NCBI GenBank assembly: GCA_003153375.1
Contig: PLYM01000056.1
Coordinates: forward strand, 28,855 to 92,854
From: Planctomycetaceae bacterium
Lineage (GTDB): Bacteria; Planctomycetota; Planctomycetia; Pirellulales; PALSA-1355
Reading direction: 5' to 3'
DNA length: 64,000 bases
Positions 49,243 to 61,100 of the stretch are shown here, one piece after another (position 1 is the first letter of the stretch; each line of letters begins with the position of its first letter). Below the pieces are notes generated by a model. It saw nothing but the letters and a program-made list of their open reading frames with translations. It was not told the origin of the DNA and did not search any database. A program made the position numbers and the translations under genes.

Positions 49243-51681
49243 TCACGCCATGCGCGAACGCTTCCGCAAGATCCACTCCAGGGTCAAGAGCACCATCAGG
49301 CTGCCGAACAGGATCGGCGCGTCCCACAATTCGTCGCGATATTCGAGCAACCGTCCGACTTCGTGAACCTTGAAGGCGTCGGGAATTTGTTCGTAGTTGG
49401 CCAGCGACAACACGCTGCCGCCGCTGGAGCGGGCAACGTCCTCGAGCAGCCCGCGGTCGAGCTTCGGGCGGTCCAGCTCGCTGCGAGCCGCTTCGACGCG
49501 GAAGTTGAGCGTGGCGGGGCGCACCGACGGATCGCCCTGGGCGCCGACGTTGCCGGGCAGGATGCGGACGCTGTAGGCGCCGGCCTCGTTGGCCGTAAAG
49601 GCGGCCTCGGATACGCCCAGTGCATCGGCCAGCGATTCCATCTCAAGTTGGAATGGCTGCTGGCCGGCCAATTCGACCTCGCCCTTGAGGTCGGCCACGG
49701 CGCCCGAACCGGCTTCGGCATCGACGGCCTTGGCGCGAATGATCACGCGGTCGCCCGTGCGATACGACGCCTTGTCGGTCGAAAGCGTGAACGGATAGCG
49801 GCCCCCGAGCGCTTTGCTGCGGCCCAGGCGATCGATTAGCCGGGCCCAAAAACCGTCGAAGTATTCCTCGTGCAGATAGCGCCATCGATAGGTGCTGTCG
49901 AACGCTAGGAACGCGGTGTGGCCGGGCCCGTAGCGGTGGACGGTCAGCAGCACGTTGCGGCCAAAGGCGTTGCTCATCCGCGGATCGCCGTGACGAGCGA
50001 GCACGGTGGCAGCCGGCTTGGCCCGCGTGAGCGGAAAGTGCCAGTACATGCCGGGCAGGCTGGCCAGGATTTCGCGATTGCGAGCGGGGTCGGGATCGAA
50101 CTGAAAAATCGGATCGACCGAGCCTTCCGCCGTCAGCTCCAGGTTCCACGGTTCGCGCGCCGACAGCGCCACTTCGGCGCTCGATTTATAGAGCCCGCGC
50201 TCGGCCACCACCGGCAGGCTGCGCAGCCAGGCGTTGTCGATCGTGACGCCGGTTGATTCGTTGCTCTCCGACGCCACGCCGTCGAACAGGTTGCGGGTGT
50301 GCACTTCGCCCGCCACATAGATCAGCCCGCCGCCGGAAGTGCCGACAAACTGGCTGATCAAGTCGGACCAAGTCGGGCCCAAGGCGCGCATGTCGGGGTC
50401 GAACAGAATCAGCACGTCATATTGTTCCAGCTCCTGGCGATTGAGCGGCAAACGACGAATGGGCCGCGTGCCCATCTGCTCGTAGCCTTCACCGGCCGAT
50501 TGCAGCCAACAGGCGAACTCCAAGGCCGTGTCGCGCAGCAGCGCGTTGCGCAAGAACTGCACCTCGGGCGACGACGAGCCGGCGATCAGCAGCACGCGAA
50601 TCTGCTGGCGAACGACTTTCATGGCGTGCGTGGCGATGTTGTCGGTTTCGGTCAACTCGGCACCGAAATCGGCGATCTTAGCCCGCAGCTCGATCTCGCC
50701 GACCACCTCAGGCGTGAGCTTGAAGTTGATGCGGCGTGTGGCGGCATCCTCGTTGAAGGTGACCTCCTCGCGGCCCACCTCGCTCCAATTGCCGTCCTGC
50801 CGTTTTTCGAGCGTGACCAGGCCGGTGCGGCCGTTCATGGCGTGCCCCTCGATCAGCACGGCCACTTCGGTCGAATCGCGCACAAAAACGACCGGGTCGG
50901 CTTCGATCGCGGCCAGCCTGGCGTTGCTCGGCCCTTGCTCGGTGCCGACGGCCAGGGCCACGATCGGCACGCTTTGCTTGCCGGCTTGTTCGGCCACCTT
51001 GCGCGGATCTTCGCCGGCGTTCGACTGACCATCGCTGACCAGCAGCACTCCGGCAAGCGGTTGGCCACGGTGTTCGGCCATGACGCTGCTGAGCGCGTCG
51101 CCGATCGCGGTCTCGGTTCCCTTGGCTTCAACCTTGGCGATTTCGTCCCGGCTGAGCTCGACCGGCTGGTGAGCAAAGCCGTAGAGCGAGATCTCGCGCC
51201 CCTCGGCCAGTGGACCGAGGACTTGTTGCAGCGCGCGGCGGGCTAACTCGATGCGGGCCTGCTTGCGCGGCGCGGCAGCTTCCTGGAAACCCAGCTTGCT
51301 CGACATCGCCGAGAGCGACTCATCCTGGGGATAGGGATCGTTGAGTCCCATGCTTTCCGAGGTGTCGAACAGCACCAGCAGGTGCGAAGGAATCGACTCG
51401 CGCTTCGTGATCACCAATACCAGCTCGAACAGCATGAAGGCCACGCAGGTCAGGATCAGACAGCGCAGCACGGCCAACGACGCCCGCATGCCAAACCGCA
51501 CGGTGCTCAACTCGCCGCGATACAAATACCAGACGCCGACCACGGCCAAGACGGCCAAGGCGATGCAGGCCACACCCCACAGACCCTGCGGCAAGGAATG
51601 GAATTGGATGTGCCACGAGCCCCCCTCCGCCCAGTCGGGAGCTTGCTTCAAACCCAATAGCCATCGCACGAATTCGGACAT
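49243..51681 (-). CDS. Membrane-anchored VWA-domain protein (BatB-like) with C-terminal GATase1-like domain
   Basis: 812 aa with two N-terminal TM helices. The MIDAS motif is LLVLFDTSESMG. Later IRVLLIAGSSSPEVQFLRNAL and VLILFDPD are typical of the class-I amidotransferase-like module found in these Bat-cluster proteins. Confidence 0.8.
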   Translation of the reverse strand: MSEFVRWLLGLKQAPDWAEGGSWHIQFHSLPQGLWGVACIALAVLAVVGVWYLYRGELSTVRFGMRASLAVLRCLILTCVAFMLFELVLVITKRESIPSHLLVLFDTSESMGLNDPYPQDESLSAMSSKLGFQEAAAPRKQARIELARRALQQVLGPLAEGREISLYGFAHQPVELSRDEIAKVEAKGTETAIGDALSSVMAEHRGQPLAGVLLVSDGQSNAGEDPRKVAEQAGKQSVPIVALAVGTEQGPSNARLAAIEADPVVFVRDSTEVAVLIEGHAMNGRTGLVTLEKRQDGNWSEVGREEVTFNEDAATRRINFKLTPEVVGEIELRAKIADFGAELTETDNIATHAMKVVRQQIRVLLIAGSSSPEVQFLRNALLRDTALEFACWLQSAGEGYEQMGTRPIRRLPLNRQELEQYDVLILFDPDMRALGPTWSDLISQFVGTSGGGLIYVAGEVHTRNLFDGVASESNESTGVTIDNAWLRSLPVVAERGLYKSSAEVALSAREPWNLELTAEGSVDPIFQFDPDPARNREILASLPGMYWHFPLTRAKPAATVLARHGDPRMSNAFGRNVLLTVHRYGPGHTAFLAFDSTYRWRYLHEEYFDGFWARLIDRLGRSKALGGRYPFTLSTDKASYRTGDRVIIRAKAVDAEAGSGAVADLKGEVELAGQQPFQLEMESLADALGVSEAAFTANEAGAYSVRILPGNVGAQGDPSVRPATLNFRVEAARSELDRPKLDRGLLEDVARSSGGSVLSLANYEQIPDAFKVHEVGRLLEYRDELWDAPILFGSLMVLLTLEWILRKRSRMA

Positions 51682-51814
51682 GGATACGATCCGCGAATTG
51701 TCGCTCAGTCAGCACATGCCCACGCAAACTTGGGCATGGCACCCGAAAACGACAAGGACGCTCGGCACCTGATTTTCAGACTTTGAAACACAACCTCGTG
51801 TGAACTCTTGCCCC

Positions 51815-54001
51815 TTAACGCGGCCGGCCGGCCCAGCGGGCGAAGCAAGCCTCGACAACCAACATCCCAAACAAACACGTGGCCAGCGTGCGCCAAATTT
51901 CCTGGCCGCGCACGGCCAGCGAAGCATCGTCGACCGAGTGGATCGATACCACCTCGGGCTCGAGCGCGCCCCACAACTCCTTGAACTGATCGCTCGGCAG
52001 GCGGGCCAGGTCGCTTTCGCGGCGATCGGGATTGACGGCGAAGCTCTGACTCATCGCGCCCGTGACCGAGTCGCGCCACGTCATCTTATAGAGCCCCGCC
52101 TGGCGCGTGTCGGCGTAGGCCAGTGCCCGAGCCGACTGGGCCGGCGTCGATTCGGCCGGAGGCTCGGCGTGGTTGGCGTCGTTGCCCAGCACCAGGGCTT
52201 TGGGTTCCTGGCCGCCCGGCAGCTCGATGGCCGGAACGGTGACGTCGTGCGAGGCAGGCACGTCGACGTGCAAGGTTTGCCCGGCGGTGAACTGATTGAC
52301 GCTGGCCGTGGTCTTGGCAACCGCGCGGGCGCCCTCGCGGACGGCCAACACGTAGCTGGCTTCGGTGGGCCAATCGCTCCAGGCCCGATCGGCGGCGGTC
52401 GTCCACAACAACACCCGGCCGGAGCCCACGGTTTTTTCAATCACAGCCGGAGCGGCAGCCTGATTGTTCCAACGGGCGAGCACGCGAACATTGTCCGCGT
52501 CGCCGCCGGGCAGGCGAACTTCGAAGGTCTTGCGAATCTTGATCCGCTCGAGCGCCGCGGGGCTCAACTCGCCCACCACGCCCAGCGGCGAACCGTCGAG
52601 CGGCTCGATCAGCAGCCCGGCGAACTCGTTGTCCGAGATGCCCTCGAAGGCGGCTGGCAACAGACCGCCGCCGCTCTTGTAGAGCAACTGGTTGTAGTTG
52701 TCGGGATCCAGTTGATCGCCGACAAAGATCATCAGGCCCATGCCAGCAGCCACTTCGTGCTCGAGCGCCTCGACCTGATCGGACGAAAGACGCGCCACGT
52801 TGGCCAGCACCAGCAGATCGGGATGTGAAGCGGGCGCGGCGCCCCATTCGGCATCGGTGATGACTTCGACGTGAAAGGCATCAGCCGCGTCGCCCGAGAG
52901 GGACAATGCCAGGGCCAGAAAGTCCGTCTCACTTCCCAGCGGATCGGTGGCGGGCTCGCCGTCGACCAACAACATATCGACGCTTTGCTGCACCTGGACG
53001 ACCACCGCACGGGCGTTGTCGCCTGTCAAGGCGTCGGAGGGCAACTCGAAGGCCACGTCATGCGTACCGGCTTCTTGAAACTGAGCCACGAGCGGCACCT
53101 TGATCATCTGTCCGGCCGACAGGTTGGGCACGCGCACCAGGCTGGCCTTGCCGTCGACCAGGAAATTGGCCTCGAGCCCGGCCAACTCGCCGGGCGTGTC
53201 GTTGCGCACCTCGGCCTCGAACCGGGTCGGCGCGCCGACCAGCGCCAGGCGGTCGATTTGCTCGAGACCCAGCAGGGCCACATTGGGATTCTCGAGCAGG
53301 CCTACGTCGAACACGCGCAACCGCACGCGCTCGCCCGCCCAGCGATTGCCCAATTCGGCCAAGGCGCCCTCCCAGCCGCTGGCCCGCAAGTCGGTGATCA
53401 ACGTCACCTCGTGCAAGGGGTAGGAGCCGGCGACGATCAACTCGTCGATCGATTGCAAAATCGGCTCCCAGGCGCCAAAGACTTCCGAGGGCTTCACCTC
53501 GCGGATGTCGCGGGTGATGTCGTCCAGGTTATCGAGATCGATCTCGCGCGCCAGGGGCTGCTTGGGTCGCGAAGCCACGAGCAGCGTGAGGCGATCCTTG
53601 GGACCAAACGTCGACAGCAAGTCGACGAGCACTTCCTGGCCACGCGCCAGGGCCGTCTTGCCCTGGTCGCTGTAGCCCATGCTGAGCGAATCGTCCAGCA
53701 ACACGACGCGGTTCGTGCGGCTGCTGCCGCCGAGCCAGCGCGAGAGGCCCTCGGCGTGCATGACCGGACGGGCCACCAGGAAAAACAGCAGCAACACCAG
53801 CGCCGTGCGCAACAGCAGCAGCAGCAACTGTTCGAGCCGCACACGGCGGCGGTTGCGCTGCACCGACAGTTTTAGATAGTGCATCGGCGCCCAATCGATG
53901 CGGCGATATTGGCGGCGGAAGAGCAAATGAATCAGGATCGGGATGCTGGCCAGCGCCAGTCCCCAGAGCAGCGGCGAGTTGAGAAAGGTGAGCGTGTTCA
54001 T
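51815..54001 (-). CDS. BatA-domain (N-terminal double-transmembrane aerotolerance-regulator domain) plus VWA protein
   Basis: 728 aa. MNTLTFLNSPLLWGLALASIPILIHLLFRRQYRRIDWAPMHYL is the canonical BatA_N/TIGR02226 start. A MIDAS-like RVVLLDDSLSMGY follows. Confidence 0.85.
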   Translation of the reverse strand: MNTLTFLNSPLLWGLALASIPILIHLLFRRQYRRIDWAPMHYLKLSVQRNRRRVRLEQLLLLLLRTALVLLLFFLVARPVMHAEGLSRWLGGSSRTNRVVLLDDSLSMGYSDQGKTALARGQEVLVDLLSTFGPKDRLTLLVASRPKQPLAREIDLDNLDDITRDIREVKPSEVFGAWEPILQSIDELIVAGSYPLHEVTLITDLRASGWEGALAELGNRWAGERVRLRVFDVGLLENPNVALLGLEQIDRLALVGAPTRFEAEVRNDTPGELAGLEANFLVDGKASLVRVPNLSAGQMIKVPLVAQFQEAGTHDVAFELPSDALTGDNARAVVVQVQQSVDMLLVDGEPATDPLGSETDFLALALSLSGDAADAFHVEVITDAEWGAAPASHPDLLVLANVARLSSDQVEALEHEVAAGMGLMIFVGDQLDPDNYNQLLYKSGGGLLPAAFEGISDNEFAGLLIEPLDGSPLGVVGELSPAALERIKIRKTFEVRLPGGDADNVRVLARWNNQAAAPAVIEKTVGSGRVLLWTTAADRAWSDWPTEASYVLAVREGARAVAKTTASVNQFTAGQTLHVDVPASHDVTVPAIELPGGQEPKALVLGNDANHAEPPAESTPAQSARALAYADTRQAGLYKMTWRDSVTGAMSQSFAVNPDRRESDLARLPSDQFKELWGALEPEVVSIHSVDDASLAVRGQEIWRTLATCLFGMLVVEACFARWAGRPR

Positions 54002-54920
54002 TGGACGGAGCGCCGCGGGATTGCTGGCTTACCGCTGTCCCTTGTGGTGCAAGTGCTTGAGCCGTTCGCGTGCGTGCAGGTAGTGCGACAAGGCGTCGGC
54101 CAACGAATCGCTGGTGAGCATTTGCAGGTAATCGATTCCCCGATCGCCGCAAGCGCCGCTGACGTCACTCAGAAACTGCCGCATCGCGGCCTGGTAGGTC
54201 TTGCGAAACGCCCAGGGTTCGGCCAGCAGCTCTTCGTTGCCCTCGATGTCGCGAAACATCACCAGGTCGTTGAATGGCAGGTCGAGCTCGTCGGGATCGA
54301 GAATGTGCAGCACGATGATTTCGTGGCCCCGATATTGCAGCCGCCGCAGGCCGTCGTAAAAAGCATCCAGGTCAGTCAACAGGTCCGACAGAATAATGGT
54401 CAGCCCGCGCTGCCTGGTTTGTTCACTCAACGATTGCAGCACGGCGCCCAATTGGGTCTCGCGGTTCGGCTGCGCTTGTTCGAGCAGGCCCACGATCCGC
54501 GCGAGCTGGGCCTGCGTGGCGGCGGGCGGCAGGATCTCGCGCGTTTCCTTGTCGAACAGCGCCAGGCCCACGGGGTCTTGCTGCTCCACCAGCAGCGTGG
54601 CCAGCGAAGCCGCGGCCGTGGCCGCGTAAGCAAACTTGGTCAGCGGCCGACCGACGCCGCCATAGCGCATCGACGCGCTGCAATCGAGCACCAGCGTGGC
54701 CCGCAGGTTGCTCTCTTCTTCATATTGCTTGACGTAGAAACGATCGGTGCGCCCCAGCACGCGCCAATCGAGGCGGCGCAGGTCGTCGCCCGGCGAGTAT
54801 TCGCGATATTCGGCGAACTCGACGTTGAAGCCGTGGAACGGGCTGCGGTGCAGGCCCGAGATCGTGCCCTCGACGACATGTCGGGCCCGCAAACTCAAGC
54901 CGGCGATCCGCGCCAGCACT

Positions 54921-56024
<1,104 letters not shown>

Positions 56025-56098
56025 GCTTGCCGGCGCGGCGGCCAGGCGGGTGTACCTCGGGCGGTCACCAAAAGCTTTCGATCGAAAAAGAGTGTTGG

Positions 56099-57169
56099 CT
56101 AGCGTTGATACACCGGCAGGTATTTGTAAGGGAGTTGCAGGATGATCAGCGCGATCGCGGTGCCATAGGCCTTGCCGATGCCGTCGCCGTTCCAGGAGCC
56201 GTCGCTCTTGTCCTGCATCGAGATCAATTGCTCGCGGACCGCCGGGAAATAAACATCCCAGTATTTGTCGCCCGCCAGGTAGAAGGCCTGCGAGGCATAG
56301 AGTTGGCAGTAGAAGTCGTGGCCGCCGTGGCGCCAGTTTTTGGTGTCCTCAAAATGGTGCCAGACATACTCCAGGCAGCGGTTGGCGACCGGCGCGTCGT
56401 ATTGTCCGGCGTTGTAGAGCGTGGCCACGGCCGCGGCCGAAATGGCCAGCCGGGCGCCGCCCTGGTTGCGCAGCGAATAGCAGATACCCCCCTCGGGCGT
56501 GCTGCAGCGTTCGATATATTGCACGGCCTGGGCGATCGTGCCGCGCGGCACGGCCAGCCCCGCGTTGTGGGCGGCGCGCAGAGCTTGCACCTGGGTCACC
56601 GTGACGGAGCCTTCGTCGCCCGCGCCAGGGATATAGGTCCAGCCCCCGTCGCCGCTCTGGCCTTCGGCGGTCAGCTTGACGGCTTTGTCGACCACGAGCT
56701 TGGTTTTATCGCGGATCGCGGGCTTGGTCTCGGTGCCATAGACGCAGGCCAGGTACATCAGGGCAAAGCCATGGCCGTGCATCGGCTGGCCATTGTCCTG
56801 GCCGGGGCCGGTGATCAAGCCGGTGGGCGTGGAGCAAGCGAGCAGATATTGCGTGGCCCGTTCGACGTGCGGCGCATAGCGTCCGCGGGTGGGCGAGTTG
56901 CCGTTGGCCAAGAGCGCCGTGCCGGCCAGGCCGGTGACCGCCACGGGATAGGAACGGCCGCCTTCGTCGTTCGTCCAACTGCCATCCTGACCTTGCGACT
57001 TGGCCAGGTAATCCAACCCGGCGCGAACGGCCTTGAGCGTGGCCGGCGTGATGTGCTTGGGCATCACTTCCTCGGCACGCAAATCGATCGATCCGGCGAA
57101 CTCCGCGATCGCCAGCGCGAGGCAACAACACGCAACGCACCGCCCTGAACAGATTCGAGAGCTTGGCAT
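56099..57169 (-). CDS. Secreted prenyltransferase/squalene-oxidase-repeat (alpha/alpha-toroid) protein
   Basis: 356 aa with signal [16 protein letters not shown]. Repeated motifs are [27 protein letters not shown] and [12 protein letters not shown] (the Q.DGSW / QW-type repeat of terpenoid-cyclase/prenyltransferase-like toroids). Confidence 0.8.
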   Translation of the reverse strand: MPSSRICSGRCVACCCLALAIAEFAGSIDLRAEEVMPKHITPATLKAVRAGLDYLAKSQGQDGSWTNDEGGRSYPVAVTGLAGTALLANGNSPTRGRYAPHVERATQYLLACSTPTGLITGPGQDNGQPMHGHGFALMYLACVYGTETKPAIRDKTKLVVDKAVKLTAEGQSGDGGWTYIPGAGDEGSVTVTQVQALRAAHNAGLAVPRGTIAQAVQYIERCSTPEGGICYSLRNQGGARLAISAAAVATLYNAGQYDAPVANRCLEYVWHHFEDTKNWRHGGHDFYCQLYASQAFYLAGDKYWDVYFPAVREQLISMQDKSDGSWNGDGIGKAYGTAIALIILQLPYKYLPVYQR

Positions 57170-57208
57170 GGCAGCACTCCGTTTTGATTTCCCTTCAATC
57201 GATCGTTG

Positions 57209-58099
57209 CTATTGCTGCGCGGTCGCCGGCTCGGGAGCCACGATCGCGAAACGTACCATCAACTTGACCTGCACCGGAATCGAGGCCAAGGCGCTGGAAG
57301 TGATCCGGGGCGTGTCGTCTTCATCTTGAAGGACAGGCTCGGCGGACTGCACGGTTCCCGGAATGCGGTTCGTCAGCACTTGTTCGCCCGCGACCGAGAT
57401 TTCTTGCACCGACAACGCGCGTCCCAGCTTCACCTGGTTGAGCTTCGCCAGGCGACCGGCCCGGCTGCGGGCATCGGCCACGGCCAGCTCATAGGCCTTT
57501 TCGCGCAGCTCGGTCAGGTCCGACACGACAAACCGCACCGGGGCGGTGTTGTTGGTGTAGTTGCCAAAACGCATGTTCATCATTACCTGCGCGGGGCTGG
57601 GGCCAATCGTCACGCCCGAATCCTGAGCCACGTCGATCAGCTTGCCGACGGTCTTGATCAACTCCTCGGGCGGCTGATCGCGAACGTCCTTGAGCCGTAC
57701 GCGCAGCGTGCAGGAAACTTCGATCTGCGTCTTGCTGGGCGCCTGGGGCATGCCATTCATCATGCGTTGTTGCTGCTCGACGCCCGTGCCGGCCGAAATC
57801 GTCAGCCCCAATTCGTCGCTCGACAGCCCCTTGAGCTTCAGCTTGTCGAGCGCTTCGAGCACGCGTTTTTTGGCGTCGCGATATTTCACCAGGGCGTCGC
57901 CCGTCAGTTCGGCCTTGCCGGCGACGTGCAAGTCGATCTCGACCAGGTTGGGTCGGGCCGACAATTCGCCCGCCCCGGAGACCGAGATGCCATCGCTGCC
58001 GCCCATGAGGAAAGGCATCTGCACCTGGGCCGCCAGGGGGCTTTCCAGGGCGGCGAGACTGCCCAGGACGAGCGCGGCAAGGACAAGTCGGGGGATCAT
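57209..58099 (-). CDS. SIMPL (DUF541) domain-containing secreted protein
   Basis: 296 aa with signal MIPRLVLAALVLGSLAAL. ...GELSARPNLVEIDLHVAG and ...LREKAYELAVADARSRAGRLAKLNQVKLGRALSVQE follow the SIMPL pattern. Confidence 0.7.
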   Translation of the reverse strand: MIPRLVLAALVLGSLAALESPLAAQVQMPFLMGGSDGISVSGAGELSARPNLVEIDLHVAGKAELTGDALVKYRDAKKRVLEALDKLKLKGLSSDELGLTISAGTGVEQQQRMMNGMPQAPSKTQIEVSCTLRVRLKDVRDQPPEELIKTVGKLIDVAQDSGVTIGPSPAQVMMNMRFGNYTNNTAPVRFVVSDLTELREKAYELAVADARSRAGRLAKLNQVKLGRALSVQEISVAGEQVLTNRIPGTVQSAEPVLQDEDDTPRITSSALASIPVQVKLMVRFAIVAPEPATAQQ

Positions 58100-58180
58100 G
58101 GCGGGTTCCTCTCGGCTGAGCGGCTTCGCTTCGGCTCGCGCGAGCCAAATCGGCGAGGCGAGGCGGACCTGGCAGCTTGT

Positions 58181-60982
58181 TTACGGAGTTTGCGCTTGTT
58201 GGTTCTTGGGAGTACGCGGGTAGGCGGTGACGGCCAGGTTCGAGACGGTCACGATTGTCTGGGGGGTCAGGAACATCGTGCCGCCGAACGCGTCGAGATC
58301 GGCTCCACGAAAGATCTTCAGCACTTCGCCGGTCGCGGTGTCCACTTCGCAAATCCCACGCGAGGTGAACTGGTAAATTCGATGCTGGGTCAGCAATGGC
58401 ACGCTCCAGCCGGCGGAACGGGGCAACTGCGTGGCCCACAGCAGTTCCTTGGTCTTGAGGCTGTAGGCTGTCAGCTCCTCGCCGCCCAGATAAAGCCGCT
58501 CGTCGTCGGCGCCAATCAGGACGGCCGTCTTCGAGACTGGCCGGTTCCAGGCCAAGGTCGGGCCCTCGGCCTGCAAGCCCAGCAGCCGCGTGGAGCGCAT
58601 GCCCTTGGTGAACAACAAACCGCCGGCACGCAACGGCCCACTGATGCCCAGCTGCGGAGGCTGGTAGTCATAGTAGTAGCCGGTCATGGGCGCGGCCGTA
58701 TCGTAGAGCGTGCCCCAATCGATGGTGCCACTGCGCGGTTGTAGTGAGACCAGGGCCCCGCCATGCGTGTCGACGTACAGCCGGTCGCCGTTCAAGAGCA
58801 ACGTGGGCTGCGCGACTCGATCGCCATAGACCTGATTCTGATCGACGGCATAGTTGCCCAGCGTGATCGTCTTCAGCAGCTTGCCGTCCTTGGCCCCCAG
58901 CGCCAGCAGGGCCAGCTCGCGGCCTTGTCCGGTGCGGCTGGCGGCGACATAAACCGTGTCGGCCGGGTTAGGCTTCGGTTTGGCGGGTCCGCCGACGGCA
59001 TACACCCAGTTGAGCACATTCTGCTCCGCCATCAGCCCGCCGGTCGAGGCCGTAAAACCGACGTATGCCGTCGGCCCGCCGACGATTTGCGGAATATTGA
59101 CCATATATGACTGCGTGGCTGACTTGTTGTCGACCGTGTCGTGAATCGACGCTTCGAGCGTGGCTCCGTCATAGTCGAGCGTCACTTGCAGGGGATGGCC
59201 GCTGTGCAAGTCGATGCCCGTGGCGGTGAGATCGACTGAGCTCGTGGCGTTTGGTTCGGCGCCGTTGAGATACAGGCCGGTCGAGTTGGCGCCCTCGCCC
59301 CCATTGTTGAACAGGTCGAACTTGACGGCCACGCTTTTGGCAAGGCCGCCATAGCCCAGATTGACGCCGCGATTGCCCAACGCCGTGGGGCCAGCACCCT
59401 GTAGCGTGAAGGTCATGCCGTCGGCCTGGGCCTTGTCGAGCTTGACCGTGAATTGAGTGTGGAACCTGGTTACGTCGAGCGGGGTGTGCGTGAAGACGCT
59501 GCTCTTTTGATTGCCGGCGTCGGTCAGACGGATGGCCGGGCCGACCAGCTTGCTGTCGCCATTGAAGGCGAACAAGCCGGCCGAATCGGCAAAGCCGTTG
59601 GCCAGGTTTAACATCGGCGCCGGCGAGTCGTTGCGGCCCGCGGGCGGCGCGGCTTCGGTGGGCGCCGGCCCTGCCACGAGCAGCGGCGCACCCAGAATGC
59701 TCCAAGCGCTGAGCGTGCGGCGTGAGTTGAAGATCTCCTTGCCCGTCGCCGCGTCGCGCACCACGAGACCGAAGCCGACGCCCTGGTTGGCCTGCTGCGG
59801 ATCGCGCAACACGCTCCAAGTGCGGTCGCCGGTCGAGAAGATCGAGTATCGCTCGGGCATCGCGTTTTGGCGATTTTGTTGAAACTGCAACAGGTGTAAC
59901 TTGCCGCTGCGCCAGAGAAGTTTGCCGCTCTCGGCGTCGAACGCCATCTCCACGCCAAACAGATTCAGATAGACGCGTTTGTCGTCGACAGCCGCTGGAA
60001 TCGTGAAATCGTTCGGTCGCAGCCGGCCATAGATGTCCTGGATGGCAAACGGCTGGTGCGAGCTCGTCGGATCCGGCTTGCTCTGATAGGTGAACTGCCA
60101 CAGCGGCGTAACTTCCGTGGGCAGGGCGAAGTCTTCGGGCAGCGGCGCGGCCGCGGCCACCGCGGACTTATCGCTGCCAGCCAACGCTGCCAACCGCGTC
60201 AACTCGTCGACGGCCGCAACGCGCCGCCCGCCGATCTCGACCGAGTCATTGGCATACCGCTCGCGGACCGTCTGTTGCTGCGCCGCGAGCTCGCTGGCGC
60301 GGCCGCCGCGTGCCAGGGCCGTTGCCACTTTGATCAATAGCTGGGCTTTGGAAATCTTCGAGTCGGGGCAATAAAGCAACAGCGCTTGCCACGCGGACGC
60401 TGCTTGCTCGTAATCACCGCGCTCGAAGTACAAATCGCCCAGGCGGTCGGCAGCCCGATCGCCAACCGAACTGATCAAATGGTTGTTGACGATTTTGTCG
60501 AGATTCTCAAGCTCGGCCGCGCCTTCTGCCTTGTCCCACAGAGCCGTGGCCTGGGAGTCGTAAAACAGGCGATAGGCATTCTTGCCGGCGCCAGACAAAC
60601 CGGCCAGCAGCCCGCGCACCAACAGTCGGCTCGGCACCAGCACGCCGTCGCCGCGATCGATGAAGCCGGTCGTGGTCTTGCCGGCGATGACCTCGAGGGC
60701 CTGGAAGGCCTTCTCCCACTGCTCGTGCTTCGCCAGCCGTTCGAATTCCTCGAGCGACTCTTTGACGTCGGCGCTTTGCGATGGCAGCGCGAAGCCGGGC
60801 GGCGATTTGCTCGCGTCGACTTGCGCTGCGGGAGTGAACTGGGCGAACACCCTCACCTGCGACTGTGCCTGGTGAAGGGGCATGCGGCCCATGCAGGAAG
60901 CAACGAGGATCGCGACTAGCAGACGAGCGGGCCGCACCCGGCGCGAACGAAGGCAGTGCGTGATGAGCGCTAAAACCGCCAC
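58181..60982 (-). CDS. Large secreted protein: TPR-like N-terminus plus PQQ-like (BamB-type) beta-propeller interrupted by an L-type (legume) lectin-like domain
   Basis: 933 aa. The helical N-terminus is ALLLYCPDSKISKAQLLIKVATALARGG. Propeller blades are present (GKLLWRS, ATGKEIF, TKELLWATQL, TGEVLKIF). The insert at about 58995-59610 reads FAFNGDSKLVGPAIRLTDAGNQKSSVF..FHTQFTVKL...ADGMTFTLQ..GGLAKSVAVKFDLFNN...LQVTLDYDG..LEASIHD...TAYVGFTASTGGL.AEQNVLNW. This follows the legume-lectin beta-sandwich pattern. Confidence 0.8.
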   Translation of the reverse strand: MAVLALITHCLRSRRVRPARLLVAILVASCMGRMPLHQAQSQVRVFAQFTPAAQVDASKSPPGFALPSQSADVKESLEEFERLAKHEQWEKAFQALEVIAGKTTTGFIDRGDGVLVPSRLLVRGLLAGLSGAGKNAYRLFYDSQATALWDKAEGAAELENLDKIVNNHLISSVGDRAADRLGDLYFERGDYEQAASAWQALLLYCPDSKISKAQLLIKVATALARGGRASELAAQQQTVRERYANDSVEIGGRRVAAVDELTRLAALAGSDKSAVAAAAPLPEDFALPTEVTPLWQFTYQSKPDPTSSHQPFAIQDIYGRLRPNDFTIPAAVDDKRVYLNLFGVEMAFDAESGKLLWRSGKLHLLQFQQNRQNAMPERYSIFSTGDRTWSVLRDPQQANQGVGFGLVVRDAATGKEIFNSRRTLSAWSILGAPLLVAGPAPTEAAPPAGRNDSPAPMLNLANGFADSAGLFAFNGDSKLVGPAIRLTDAGNQKSSVFTHTPLDVTRFHTQFTVKLDKAQADGMTFTLQGAGPTALGNRGVNLGYGGLAKSVAVKFDLFNNGGEGANSTGLYLNGAEPNATSSVDLTATGIDLHSGHPLQVTLDYDGATLEASIHDTVDNKSATQSYMVNIPQIVGGPTAYVGFTASTGGLMAEQNVLNWVYAVGGPAKPKPNPADTVYVAASRTGQGRELALLALGAKDGKLLKTITLGNYAVDQNQVYGDRVAQPTLLLNGDRLYVDTHGGALVSLQPRSGTIDWGTLYDTAAPMTGYYYDYQPPQLGISGPLRAGGLLFTKGMRSTRLLGLQAEGPTLAWNRPVSKTAVLIGADDERLYLGGEELTAYSLKTKELLWATQLPRSAGWSVPLLTQHRIYQFTSRGICEVDTATGEVLKIFRGADLDAFGGTMFLTPQTIVTVSNLAVTAYPRTPKNQQAQTP

Positions 60983-61100
60983 TTTGCACCTCGACTCAGA
61001 CGCGCGGCGATGCGCGCGGCCAGAACTGTTCCGATGGGGCGATTAGAATCTTTGGAATATGAAATTGCAAAAGAAAACACTTCCCCGCCGCGAGAAAATG

